In this document: positions 20,236-30,515 of the stretch, piece after piece
Layout: every line of letters begins with the position of its first letter
Numbering within the stretch: the first letter of the stretch is position 1
Origin: a virus
Virus record (IMG/VR): IMGVR_UViG_3300025949_000001
Span: 1 to 64,000 of that record
Reading direction: 5' to 3' (one strand)
Length of the DNA stretch: 64,000 nt
Made by a program: the position numbers and the translations under genes
Notes under the pieces: model-generated
What the model saw: only the letters and a program-made list of their open reading frames with translations
The model's database searches: none
What the model was told of the DNA's origin: nothing

Positions 20236-21087
20236 GTGAGCACGCAAACGACCCTCATCGAACTCGGCGACATCCGCGCCACCCCGGACTTGGACACGTA
20301 CGACGTGATCCTCGTCAACTCCAGCGCGGGAAAAGACTCCCAAGCGATGCTCACGCACCTGGTCGAGCGCGCCGACGCCGAAGACGTGCCTCGCAGTCGG
20401 ATCATCGTGGTCCACGCCGACCTCGGGCGCGTGGAGTGGGAAGGCACGCGCGAACTCGCCGAGCGTCAGGCCGCCGCGTACGGACTGCGGTTCGAGACCG
20501 TCGCGCGCACCGAGGACCTGCTCGACCAGATCGTCACCCGCCACAACACGCTGCGGGCGAAGGGTGACACCACGACCCCCGCGTGGCCGTCGAGTCAGGC
20601 CAGGTACTGCACCTCCGACCAGAAGACCGCCCAGGTCGCCAAGCTAATGACGCGGCTCGCCGACGAACACCGGCGCACGCATCCGGAACGCCCGATCAGG
20701 ATCCTGAACTGCCTCGGCATCCGGGCCGCAGAGTCCCCGGCGCGGGCGAAGAAGACGCCGTTCGGGCCGGACACCGCCGCATCCAACGGGCGGCGCATCG
20801 TGGACCGCTGGCTGCCGATCTTCGACTGGTCCTCGGGCCAGGTCTGGGAGACGATCCGCCGCTCGGGCCTGCCGCACCACCCGGCCTATGACGCCGGGAT
20901 GCCGCGCCTGTCATGCATGTTCTGCGTCCTGGCCGGGCGCAAGGAACTCGTGTTGTCCGCGCGCCTCAACCCGGCCATGGCCCAGGAATACCTGGCGGTC
21001 GAGCGACTGGTGGGCCACAGCTTCAAAGCCGACCTGTCCATGGCCGAGATCGTGGCGGCCGCCTCCCCCGCGCCGATCGGAGCCTGA
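20236..21087 (+). CDS. PAPS-reductase-family (PP-loop, Cys-containing) protein
   Basis: NSSAGKDS, RYCT...K, GIRAAES..R, LPIFDW, RLSCMFC. Confidence 0.9.
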   Translation: MSTQTTLIELGDIRATPDLDTYDVILVNSSAGKDSQAMLTHLVERADAEDVPRSRIIVVHADLGRVEWEGTRELAERQAAAYGLRFETVARTEDLLDQIVTRHNTLRAKGDTTTPAWPSSQARYCTSDQKTAQVAKLMTRLADEHRRTHPERPIRILNCLGIRAAESPARAKKTPFGPDTAASNGRRIVDRWLPIFDWSSGQVWETIRRSGLPHHPAYDAGMPRLSCMFCVLAGRKELVLSARLNPAMAQEYLAVERLVGHSFKADLSMAEIVAAASPAPIGA

Positions 21088-21088
21088 C

Positions 21089-21469
21089 ATGCCTGCCACT
21101 GTCCGCCGCACGTTCACGGCACCCGACACGCTCCCGAACGTCGTGCTCATCCAGGCCGAGGCGCTGTGGGCCGCCGCCACGGACGACGCCGACGACCGCC
21201 TCGCCGACCTGCTCGGCCTCGGCCCCGGCGACGGGCACGACGAACTGACGCGCTGCCAGGCGCCCGGCTGCGGCGCCTGGCTCTGGGCCGACGAGGGCGC
21301 GGACCTGGTGTACGAGTCCGGCGCCAGCCTGCGGATGTGCGAGGCGCACGCCGTACCGGACGACCCCGGATGCCGCGTGTACCCCGGCGTGGGCCTGGAG
21401 GCGCGCTGGCGCGAGGCCGAGGACGCCGCCCGGTCCAAGCGGCTTCGCGAGACCGGCAGTCCGTGGTGA
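21089..21469 (+). CDS. Hypothetical protein
   Basis: Starts 1 nt after the upstream stop. Confidence 0.6.
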   Translation: MPATVRRTFTAPDTLPNVVLIQAEALWAAATDDADDRLADLLGLGPGDGHDELTRCQAPGCGAWLWADEGADLVYESGASLRMCEAHAVPDDPGCRVYPGVGLEARWREAEDAARSKRLRETGSPW

Positions 21470-21550
21470 ACCCCCGACATACCGGCACGGCTCAAGCGCC
21501 GGCCCGCGACCCCACGTCCACACAACCCCTAGCAAGGAGGCTGCGGCTCA

Positions 21551-22420
21551 ATGGCCGACCGCCGCACCTATGTCCGGCTGCACGACGGACTGCCCGACCA
21601 CATGAAGATTGCCGCGGTCGGCGGCGAGGCCGCGTGGCTGTACGTGTGTGGGCTTTGCTACGCATCACGCCAGCTCACGGACGGGGTTATCCCGGTTCGA
21701 CTGATCGGCCGGATGACCGACTTCAAGGACAACGAAGCACTTGCTTCGCGTTTGCTTGAAGCAAATCTCTGGCACACCGCTCAGCACGAGTGCAAGAGCT
21801 GCCCTCAAGCCGTCGGCGACGTGTACGTCATCCACGACTACTTGGAGCATCAGCGCAGCGCGGCCGAGGTCAGGGACCTGTCTGAAAAGCGTTCCGCCGC
21901 AGGCCAGAAGGGCGGAAAGGCTTCCGGGGCCACTCGCCGCGGCGAAGCAAACGATGAAGCAAGTGCTTCAGCAAAACCGAAGCAAACGCGAAGCAAAACC
22001 GAAGCAGAGACAGAGACAGATAAGAAGAAGACTTCGTCTTCTTCTGGCCGCACTACGCGCGGCACACGAATCCCCGACGACTTCACCGTCACCCCCGCCA
22101 TGGTCGCGTGGGCCCGCGAAAACACCCCCGACGTCGACGGCAAGTACCAGACCGAGAAGTTCATCAGGTACTGGCGCGCCAAGTCCGGCCGCGACGCCAC
22201 CAAGGTCGACTGGGTCGCCACCTGGGAGAACTGGATGTTCAAGGCCCAGGAGGACATCACCGGGCCGAGGCAGATCCCACTTCCTGTCACCGATCACGCC
22301 TCGCGCCCCGAATGGTGCGGCAACTGCGACCCCCAGACCCGCATGGCCGAGAACGCCGAACGCCACCCCGTGCGCTGCCCCCGCTGCCACCCCCTGACCC
22401 AGAAAGCGAGCACGCCGTGA
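21551..22420 (+). CDS. Phage replication initiator (lambda-O-like position)
   Basis: AAGGAGG RBS, IHDYLEHQ, GTRIPDDF, DW.ATW.NW, internal iterons, upstream of dnaB. Confidence 0.8.
   Translation: MADRRTYVRLHDGLPDHMKIAAVGGEAAWLYVCGLCYASRQLTDGVIPVRLIGRMTDFKDNEALASRLLEANLWHTAQHECKSCPQAVGDVYVIHDYLEHQRSAAEVRDLSEKRSAAGQKGGKASGATRRGEANDEASASAKPKQTRSKTEAETETDKKKTSSSSGRTTRGTRIPDDFTVTPAMVAWARENTPDVDGKYQTEKFIRYWRAKSGRDATKVDWVATWENWMFKAQEDITGPRQIPLPVTDHASRPEWCGNCDPQTRMAENAERHPVRCPRCHPLTQKASTP
21944..22008 (+). repeat. Iteron array (probable origin 1)
   Basis: GAAGCAAA-like units at 21944, 21956, 21968, 21979, 21990, 22001 (11-12 bp period); inverted pairs at 21734-21765. Confidence 0.75.
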
Positions 22421-22665
22421 GCGAGACCCGGCGCTTGCGCGACGCGGCCGAGATGCTGCGCACCGCGAGCCGCGACCACTACGCCGAACAACCCCTGAAC
22501 TCAGCCGTCTGCACCGGAATCGCCGACTGGCTCGAAGCCACCGCCCACGACGCCGCATACACCGCCCGCGGACTCGCGCTGGAGCACGCGCACCGGATCG
22601 CGGACGCCGTCCTACGCAGCGGCGAAACCAAGAACGCCGAATCGGTCCGGGACGGTGCCGCGTGA
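22417..22665 (+). CDS. Hypothetical protein
   Basis: Coupled; IADWLE motif resembles LADWLE in 16100-16357. Confidence 0.6.
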   Translation: MSETRRLRDAAEMLRTASRDHYAEQPLNSAVCTGIADWLEATAHDAAYTARGLALEHAHRIADAVLRSGETKNAESVRDGAA

Positions 22666-23978
22666 ACGACCGCACCCCCCCGCAGAACCTGGAAGCCGAG
22701 ATGGCCGTGCTCGGCGGGATGCTCATGTCCAAGCACGCGATCAGCGAGGTCGCGGACATCCTGACCCCGGCGGACTTCTACAAGCCCGCGCACGAAACCA
22801 TCTACACCACGATCCTGCGCCTGTCCGCGACCGGCCAGCCCGCCGACGCGCTCACGGTCGGCGCGGAACTGACGAACCGCAGGCTGATCGGCAGGATCGG
22901 CGGCCTGCCGTACTTGCACGCACTCACCGGCAGCGTCACCACCCCCGCATCGTCGGGCTGGTATGCGCAGATCGTGCGGGACCTGGCGACCCGTCGCCGC
23001 CTGATCGAGACCGGCACGCGCATCGCGCAGATGGGCTACGAGACCGACGACGCCGCGGACCTCGCGGCGATCGTGGACCGCGCACAGGCCGAGGCGAACG
23101 CGATCAGCGACCGCACGGTGCACGAAGACGACCCGACGGTGCGCGACACGGCGGACGAGGTCATCGACGAACTCAAGAACGGCGTCGAGATGGGCCTGCC
23201 CACCGGGTTCCGCGACCTCGACGACCTCACGCACGGCTTGCAGCCCGGACAGATGGTGATCATCGCGGCCAGGCCTGGCATGGGCAAGTCAACGGCCGGA
23301 TTAGACGTGATCCGCAGCGTCTCGATCAGGCGGCGCTTGCCCAGCGTGTTCTTCTCCCTGGAGATGCCGCGTAAGGAACTGGTCCGTCGCTGCCTGTCCG
23401 CCGAAGGCTCCATCCCCCTGCACCACATGGCACCGCGTTGCATGGCGCAGGACGACTGGGAGCGCCTCGCCCTGTGCTACGACCGGGTCGTCACCGCCCC
23501 CATCACGATCGACGACCGGCCGAACCTGACGGTCATGCAGGCGCGGTCCAAGGCCAGGCAGCTCAAGCAGGGCGCCGGCCTGGAACTGGCGGTGTTCGAC
23601 TACGCGCAGTTGGCCAAGTCGGGCCGCGACCGCAAGCACGAGAACCGGCAGACCGAGGTCACCGCGATCTCGAACGAACTGAAGCTGATGGCCAGGGAAC
23701 TGCACATCCCGGTCATCGTGCTCGCCCAGCTCAACCGCGGCCCGATGCAGCGCGCGGACAAGCGCCCGATGATGTCCGACCTGCGCGAGTCGGGCGCGCT
23801 GGAGCAGGACGCGGATGTCGTGATCCTCCTGCACCGCGAGGACGCGTACGAGCGCGAGAGCCCCAGGGCGGGCGAAGCGGACTTCATCGTCGAGAAGCAC
23901 CGCAACGGCCCCACCGCGACGATCACCGTCGCGTTCCAGGGGCACTACAGCCGCTTCGTGGACATGGCGCACTCCTGA
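22662..23978 (+). CDS. dnaB: Replicative DNA helicase
   Basis: PPQNLEAE, AARPGMGKS, FSLEM, DYAQL, AQLNR, DLRESGALEQDAD, KHRNG. Confidence 0.97.
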   Translation: MNDRTPPQNLEAEMAVLGGMLMSKHAISEVADILTPADFYKPAHETIYTTILRLSATGQPADALTVGAELTNRRLIGRIGGLPYLHALTGSVTTPASSGWYAQIVRDLATRRRLIETGTRIAQMGYETDDAADLAAIVDRAQAEANAISDRTVHEDDPTVRDTADEVIDELKNGVEMGLPTGFRDLDDLTHGLQPGQMVIIAARPGMGKSTAGLDVIRSVSIRRRLPSVFFSLEMPRKELVRRCLSAEGSIPLHHMAPRCMAQDDWERLALCYDRVVTAPITIDDRPNLTVMQARSKARQLKQGAGLELAVFDYAQLAKSGRDRKHENRQTEVTAISNELKLMARELHIPVIVLAQLNRGPMQRADKRPMMSDLRESGALEQDADVVILLHREDAYERESPRAGEADFIVEKHRNGPTATITVAFQGHYSRFVDMAHS

Positions 23979-24007
23979 CATTCACCACCTACTACCTAAG
24001 GAATCCC

Positions 24008-24814
24008 GTGGACACCGAGAACCAGGCCCCGATCCCCACCGGCCACGAAGACCTCGACGCTCTCCTCGGCGGCGGACTGCACCCCGGCCACCTCACCGCC
24101 ATCACCGGACCTGTCGCCGTCGGCAAAACCATGTTCACCATCGGCCTCGCCCGCCACGCCGCCATCCGCTGCGGGCAGCCCGCGTTCTTCGCCAGCACCG
24201 AATCCGGAGCCGACCAGCTCATGGAGTACGTCCTGTGCGCCGAAGCGCGCGTCCGGTTCGGCGCGTCTCGGCGCGACCGGGCCACCCCCGAAGAGATGCA
24301 GCGCGCCAAAGAGGTGCGCGACGCGGTGACGGGCGCCGTACTGGGGCTGGACAACGTCATCAACTGGACGCTGGAGCGCGTCGCCCTCACCGCGATGCGA
24401 CTGGTCCACGAGCGCGGACTGCGCCTGTTCGCCCTCGACTACGTGCAACTGCTCGCGGAAACGGACCCCGAGCAGGCGTCGGCCGACCGCATCGAAGAGA
24501 TCGCCGTCGGGCTCAAGCAACTCGCTCGCGCCGCGAACATCGCGGTGGTCGCCGTTTCCACGATGCGCAGCTTCCCCGCGAAGGCCAACGGCTGGATCCA
24601 CCCGGCGATGTTCGACCTCGGAGACACCGAGGCGTTCGAACGCCACGCCGACGAGTTGATCATTCTGCACCGCGAAGACCAGGACGACCGCGACAGCCCG
24701 CGCGCCGGGGAGGCGGACGTGATCCTCGCGAAGAACCGCAACGGCCACACCGGAACCGCGACCATCGCGTTCCAGCCGCACTTCGCCCGCTTCGTGGACA
24801 TGGTCAAGAGCTGA
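24008..24814 (+). CDS. Second DnaB-like protein, C-terminal ATPase domain only
   Basis: IPTGHEDLD, GPVAVGKT, DYVQLL, KNRNG; no N-terminal domain. Confidence 0.85.
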   Translation: MDTENQAPIPTGHEDLDALLGGGLHPGHLTAITGPVAVGKTMFTIGLARHAAIRCGQPAFFASTESGADQLMEYVLCAEARVRFGASRRDRATPEEMQRAKEVRDAVTGAVLGLDNVINWTLERVALTAMRLVHERGLRLFALDYVQLLAETDPEQASADRIEEIAVGLKQLARAANIAVVAVSTMRSFPAKANGWIHPAMFDLGDTEAFERHADELIILHREDQDDRDSPRAGEADVILAKNRNGHTGTATIAFQPHFARFVDMVKS

Positions 24815-25019
24815 TGGCCGCCAGCCACGACCCCGAGCCGGACCGCGAGGCCCGCGTCGCTGCTGTGGATGAGCGTGCGCAAAGCGCTGGACCGAATGGG
24901 CGCCAGCCGATGACCGCACCCCTGCCGCCGCGCCTGTCCGACCACGCCCCGCAGCCCCCAGTGGCACTGACCTGCACGAACGCCCGGTTCCAGCCCCTCA
25001 ACCCGAACGGAGATCAGCA

Positions 25020-25313
25020 GTGAGCGACAACAACGGAAGCAGCGGCGGGATCAGCCTGATCGGCGCCCTCGGCCTGCTGTTTATCGGCCTGAAGCTCGGC
25101 CACGTCATCGACTGGTCCTGGTGGCTGGTGACGCTGCCGCTGTGGGGCGGTGCCGCGCTCGTCGTCGCGATCCTCGCGCTCGTCGTGGCGGGCGCCGGGG
25201 TTGGCGCGGCGGTCAAGAGCGCCGGGCGCCGGCGCGAGATCCGGTCCGCACGCGCACGGGGCGCCGTGTCCGGCCGCCGCGTGTCGATCGGCGAGCGCAG
25301 AGACACCCGATAG
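25020..25313 (+). CDS. Small membrane protein
   Basis: LFIGLKL..VIDWSWWLV..PLW. Confidence 0.7.
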   Translation: MSDNNGSSGGISLIGALGLLFIGLKLGHVIDWSWWLVTLPLWGGAALVVAILALVVAGAGVGAAVKSAGRRREIRSARARGAVSGRRVSIGERRDTR

Positions 25314-25370
25314 TCACCGCAATCCCTGACCTGCATCGACACCTGGCCGCACGGCCGGAAAGGAACTGAC

Positions 25371-27931
25371 ATGCACACCGCACCCGACAGCGCCGAAGGG
25401 CGCCTGACCGATCTCATCGACCGCTGGAGGATCGACAACCTCTCCGCTGCCGACCTCATGCCGAGCGCCGAGCAGATGCCCGCGTTCCTCGGCGACCTCG
25501 ACGCGATCCTGCGCGAGCTGCGACAGACGCGCACCGGACTGGACCAGACCATTGGCGAACGCGACCAGGCGCAGGACGCGGCCGACAGCCTCGCCTACGC
25601 CATCGCCCCGCTCGAGGTGATCGGCGAGCACACCGGCGACAACGACCCGTGGGCCGAAGCGCTCGAAGTGCTCGGCCGGCAGAAGACCGAGTGGACGTGG
25701 CAGCGCAGTGACGCCTCCGGTCTCGCGGTCCGCGGGTTTCCGATGCCCGAGGCTGCGGCGCGCAAGCACGTCGATGACCTGAACGCCCGCGAGGACATCG
25801 CGAAGCGGGGATGGCGCTACGAGGTGGCGCGCAGGGTCATCGGGCAGTGGACCGCCGAGTCGGTCCTCCAGTCCGCGCCGCTCGTCGACGAGGCACCCTC
25901 GGCGGTGACGGCATGAACGACACCGACACGACCGGCACCCTCCCACTCGAGGCCCTCGACGCCGAGGCGCTGGCCAAGCAGATCGACTACCGCGTCGTCG
26001 CATACGGCATCGACGTCCTGGACAACTCCGGCCACGAGATCGCCGCACGCATGCTGCGGCTGCTCGACGACCAGTTCGGGGCCATGTCCCGCAGGGCCGA
26101 GGCCCTTCAGGTCGTCCTGAACGCCGCGAAGGCGATGAACGGCGTGCACGAGCGCGCCATCGCCCGGCTGCGCGCCGAACTGGAGCAGGCGAAACTCGCC
26201 CCCGGCCCGACCGGTCTGACCCGCGTGTGGTCGGGCTACAACGACGACGAGTGCTGGTTCCCAATGTTCGCGAACCTGGCCGACGCGAAGGCGTACGCGG
26301 AGCGGGCGTTTCGGGTCTCGTGCGCGGAGCTGGACGCGGGCGAACCGGGCGAGATCACGTGGGTCGAGCGCAAGGCGCGCACCGACCACCTCGGCTACCC
26401 GGACATGTGGGACCTCACGTCGGACGTCGGCGGAGACGGCTGGGTGGTGTGCGGGGTGCTGGTGCACCCGGATCTGGCGTCGGGTCTGCGGGAGCAGCCG
26501 ATCGAGCAGCCCGAGCCCGACGGCGAGCCGCAGCCGCAGACCGAGGGCCAGGGCGTGCTGCCGGTCGAGACCGCCGGGAGCGCCCCCGACCCGCGCGACT
26601 TCCGCATCGGCGACCTGGTGCAGATCACCGCCCGCGAAGGCGAGAGCGAGGCGACGCCGCCCGGCCTGCGCCTGAACGGCCGCACCGGTCCCGTCGTCGA
26701 TTTCGACGACACCCAGTACCCGATCGGTGTCGCGGTCGAGGGCTGGCTCGGCCCGGTGTGGTGCAGCCCCGGCGAGGTCCGGCATCTGAGCGCCGAGGAG
26801 ATCGCCCGGCTGGAGAGCGGGGTCGGCCGATGACCGCCCCGCTTGCCGACGCACGCCTCGCCGAAGTCGAGGAGTTCCTCGACGTGTGGGACGCCGCCCC
26901 CGTCCACCGCGCCCGGTACCGGGACGTGATCAGCAGTCAGAAGTCCGGCGACCCCGAGGGCGGCCGCAAGCTGCGGGCCACGACGCTGCGCGACCTGCTC
27001 GCCGAGGTGCGGCGGTTGCGCGCCGAGCGCAACGAGATCGCCCGCGCCCTGGCCGACCGCACCGACGAACGGGACGCCACCGAGGCCGAACGCGCCCGGC
27101 TCGCCGAGGTGCTCGGCGCACTGGACGCCCGCCGGGCCGCCGAGCAGGTCGCGATGGAGGACCTGCAGGCCGCGTACGAGCGGCTCGGCGACGAGGCGTC
27201 GCGGATCGCCGGCATGGGCCAGCGGTTCCGTGTCGAACGCGACCGGTTGCACGACGCGCTGAGCGAAGTCCTGGCCAGCGGCGGCCCGGACTTTGACGGC
27301 GAGGTGCTGCGCGACCTCAAGCGCACGCTCTGGATCACGCCCGAGCGGTTGCAGGGCTGGCGTGGCGTGCTCGCCTCCGTGGAGCGCTCCGAGCGGGACG
27401 ACATGCAGCCGGAGGCGACCCCATGACGCGCCCGGAGCGTTCCCGTCCGATCCGCGACCGCAAGGGCCCGCGCGGCACGGCGCGCACCCGGGCCGCCGTC
27501 CGGCAGTCCGCCGTCCGGATGGCCGAGCTCAACGCCCTCGCGGCCCTGTGCGCCGAGCAGCACGGCGACACCCCCGAGCTTCAAGCCGAGCGACGGGACG
27601 CGCTGCTCGCGGAGATCGGGGGGCACTGGGGCGACGGCATCGGCAGCCCGGCGGCGTACGCGTGGGACGCGGCGATCCGCGACGGGCTCGCGCAACTGCG
27701 GGGTGCGGCGTGACCACTCGACGCGCCGCCGCCACTCGCACCCCGGTCCTGCCGGACGGCCGCCTGGACTGGACGCAGGCGCGTCTCGGCGAACCGGCGC
27801 CCTGCCAGCACTGCGGGCATCCGGCGATCCTGCGCCACCCCGTCACAGGCACGCCCTGCCACAAAGTCTGCGACCGGCCGGTCCAATCGGCCGGATCGGA
27901 ACCGGCCGGCCAAAGGAGGGCTGCTGCGTGA
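25371..27931 (+). other. Coupled hypothetical genes (25371-25916, 25913-26833, 26830-27426, 27423-27713, 27710-27931)
   Basis: ATGA/GTGA overlaps, GC3-rich frames. Confidence 0.65.
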
Positions 27932-29247
27932 GCACTCCCGCCCTCGGCGCCAAGCTACGTGCGGCGCGGGAAGCCGCAGGACTGAGCCAGCGGCAACTTG
28001 CCGAGCAGTTGCACGCAAATCAGACCAGCCTCTCGGCCTGGGAGCGGGGAGCGCGTATCCCGCCTCCGCGCCGCATGGTCGAGGCCGCACGAATCCTGCA
28101 CGTAGATGTGGACGTCCTGGGCGATCGCCTAAACCGTGACGGCCAGGACGCAATGACCTGCACGATCCGGGAACTCGGGGCCGCGATCCGGGAAGCGCGC
28201 ATCGCAGCCGGCCTCAGCCGGGAGCAACTGGCGGAACACCTCGGAGTCGTCGTCCCTACGATCGGCGTGTGGGAACGCGGCTATCGCGCCCCTAGCTATG
28301 AACGCGCCCCTTCAGTGGCTGCGGCGCTCGGCCTCGACGTGAAGATGTTCCCGCGCTGTAAGCAGCCGCGAACCACCGTCTACAACGTCCAGCCCGGGAA
28401 AGTGCAGGCGGGCACCGACAGCCTGGGGCGTCCCGTCTGGCGGCAGGTCGTCGACGCCAAGGAAAAGCTGTTCTCGCGCGTGATCGCCGGGCCCGGTGGT
28501 TGTGTGATCTGGACCGGCGGGAAGACGGACCGCGGCTACGGGCACATCAACATCAACGGCGAGCGCCACTATGTGCACCGCCTGGCCTACCAGCTGCTCA
28601 TCGGTCCGATACCCGAGGGCCTGGAACTCGACCACCTGTGCCATACCAAGGACCGGTCATGTCCCGGCGGCAGGTCGTGCCCGCATCGGCGTTGCTGCAA
28701 CCCGTATCACCTCGAACCCGTCACCTCGCGCGAGAACAGCAGGCGCAGCGCGCCGGCGCGACGCACCCACTGCCCCAAGGGGCACGAGTACACCGAGGAA
28801 AACACGCGCGTCCGCGTGCGGTCCGGCAAGCGAAGCCGGTCGGCAACCTCGCGAGAGTGCGCAGAATGCAACCGCTTGAGAAGTCGGGAAGCGTATAAGG
28901 CCGTCCTCGAACGCACCCATTGCAACGTCGGGCACGAGATGACGTCCGAGAACACGACCACGCGTTCCGACGGTGTGCGCATGTGCCGAGCATGTCGCTC
29001 GGCGGGCTCCCGGAAGCCGCGCCTGACTCCCGAGCAACTCACCGAGGTGCATCGACTGCTGAGTTCGGGCGAGCGGCCTCTGCGGATCGCCGCGCTCTTC
29101 GGGGTCACCCCGACAGCTATTCGCGCCATCGCCAAACGCAGAGGCGCCGTCGCGGGCGAGCCCGAACCCGACGCGCTGCTCGCCGAACACCGGCGGCGGC
29201 TCGCGAACACCACCCCGACCACTGCCACCGAGAGGACCGCAGCATGA
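27928..29247 (+). CDS. Tandem XRE-HTH / HNH endonuclease / Cys-His repeat / HTH fusion
   Basis: Two XRE HTHs, C.IWTG..GYG..VHRLAY..LDHLC..CNPYHL..EN, two THC..GHE...ENT units. Confidence 0.85.
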   Translation: MSTPALGAKLRAAREAAGLSQRQLAEQLHANQTSLSAWERGARIPPPRRMVEAARILHVDVDVLGDRLNRDGQDAMTCTIRELGAAIREARIAAGLSREQLAEHLGVVVPTIGVWERGYRAPSYERAPSVAAALGLDVKMFPRCKQPRTTVYNVQPGKVQAGTDSLGRPVWRQVVDAKEKLFSRVIAGPGGCVIWTGGKTDRGYGHININGERHYVHRLAYQLLIGPIPEGLELDHLCHTKDRSCPGGRSCPHRRCCNPYHLEPVTSRENSRRSAPARRTHCPKGHEYTEENTRVRVRSGKRSRSATSRECAECNRLRSREAYKAVLERTHCNVGHEMTSENTTTRSDGVRMCRACRSAGSRKPRLTPEQLTEVHRLLSSGERPLRIAALFGVTPTAIRAIAKRRGAVAGEPEPDALLAEHRRRLANTTPTTATERTAA

Positions 29248-29744
29248 CCGAGCCAACGACCACCGAACAGGCCACCCGCGAGTGGGGGCACCGGTTCTGG
29301 GACGGGGGCGCCGCGCCGGACGAGTCCCGCGAGGCCGCGCTGCAACTCGCGGCGCGTTTCAAGCCCGGCCGCGTCGAGATCGTCCACCGCGACGGCCCGG
29401 ACGCCGAATGGCAGCGCGCCGACTACCAGCCGCACACGCCGTCGGAGCGCATTGACGCACTGGCCGACCACATCGCGTTCCTGCGCGCGCTGAACGACTG
29501 GCGCGGCACGCGGCTGGTGGAGCTCGGCGAGTACCCGAACCCGCCGAAGACGTACGCGGCCGGGGCGCCGACGACCGGGCACTTCAGCCCCGGCTACCGC
29601 GGCGAACTGCCGGACCACCACGGTTCGGCCGGCACCTGCGCGATGCCCGCGTGCGTCACGGCCCGCGCCCGGCACGAGGCCGCGGACACCCAGGACCTCA
29701 CGCGCGACATGTACGCCGACAACGCGAGAGGCGGCGCGTCGTGA
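29244..29744 (+). CDS. Hypothetical protein
   Basis: Coupled. Confidence 0.6.
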   Translation: MTEPTTTEQATREWGHRFWDGGAAPDESREAALQLAARFKPGRVEIVHRDGPDAEWQRADYQPHTPSERIDALADHIAFLRALNDWRGTRLVELGEYPNPPKTYAAGAPTTGHFSPGYRGELPDHHGSAGTCAMPACVTARARHEAADTQDLTRDMYADNARGGAS

Positions 29745-30169
29745 GCGGGGCGCGGCACCAGGCGCTCGGGCTCGGCGCGATGGCAGCCCGCAACGGGGTC
29801 GCGGCGGGCCGGCAGCCCTACGGTCCGCGAGCCGGGTTCACCGACACCGACCCGGGCGGCGCGGGCGGGAACTGGCGCGACCGGGCGGCGTGCAAGCCCG
29901 GCAGCGGCATCGACCCGGAGACCTTCTACCCGATTGGGGCTACCGGCCCGGCGCTGCTTCAGATCGAGGACGCCAAGGCCGTGTGCCGTCGCTGCGCCTC
30001 GATCGAGGCCTGTCTGAGTTTCGCGATCACGGCCGGGATCGACACGGGCGTGTACGGCGGCATGAGCGAGGACGAGCGCCGCGCACTCAAACGCCGGGCC
30101 TCACGCAGCCGCACCCGACAGGGCACCGAGAGCACAGAGACGGCCAGCGCCACGGCTGACGCGAACTGA
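29741..30169 (+). CDS. whiB: WhiB-family transcription factor
   Basis: WRDRAAC, AKAVCRRC....CL, GVYGGMSEDER. Confidence 0.93.
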   Translation: MSGARHQALGLGAMAARNGVAAGRQPYGPRAGFTDTDPGGAGGNWRDRAACKPGSGIDPETFYPIGATGPALLQIEDAKAVCRRCASIEACLSFAITAGIDTGVYGGMSEDERRALKRRASRSRTRQGTESTETASATADAN

Positions 30170-30215
30170 CGGCCCCTACCTAAACCCGCTTAACGGAAAC
30201 GAGGCAGAAAGACCC

Positions 30216-30515
30216 ATGACCGAGCAAGCCGTACGCGCCGCTGGACCGAAGCCCGTCGTCCTCACCGGACCGATCACGCACTCCTGCGGCGCGTGGTGGA
30301 CCGGCACCCGCGTCTCGCACTGCGGCGGTTGCTGCCTGACTTTCAGCTCGCTGACCGCCTTCGACGCACACCAGCGCGGCGGCACACCCGGGCAGATCTG
30401 CCGCAAGCCCGACGAGGTCGGTCTCGTGCCGGTCGAGAAGCCCTACGGGGTGCTGTGGTCGTGGCCGTCGTCGGACGCGAACCCGCACGCGGCAAGGGGC
30501 GACGACGATGCCTGA
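30216..30515 (+). CDS. FDXHR-type putative zinc-binding protein
   Basis: HCGGCCLTFSSLTAFDAHQ. Confidence 0.7.
   Translation: MTEQAVRAAGPKPVVLTGPITHSCGAWWTGTRVSHCGGCCLTFSSLTAFDAHQRGGTPGQICRKPDEVGLVPVEKPYGVLWSWPSSDANPHAARGDDDA

Noticed and set aside
20236-21087. Sulfate-assimilation auxiliary gene or complete Dnd system
   Set aside because: No cys, dnd or ssp partner genes visible in the window
23438-24814. Frameshift fusion of the two dnaB genes
   Set aside because: The upstream extension is an off-frame overlap of dnaB1 with no slippery site seen; dnaB2 has its own AAGGA RBS and GTG at 24008
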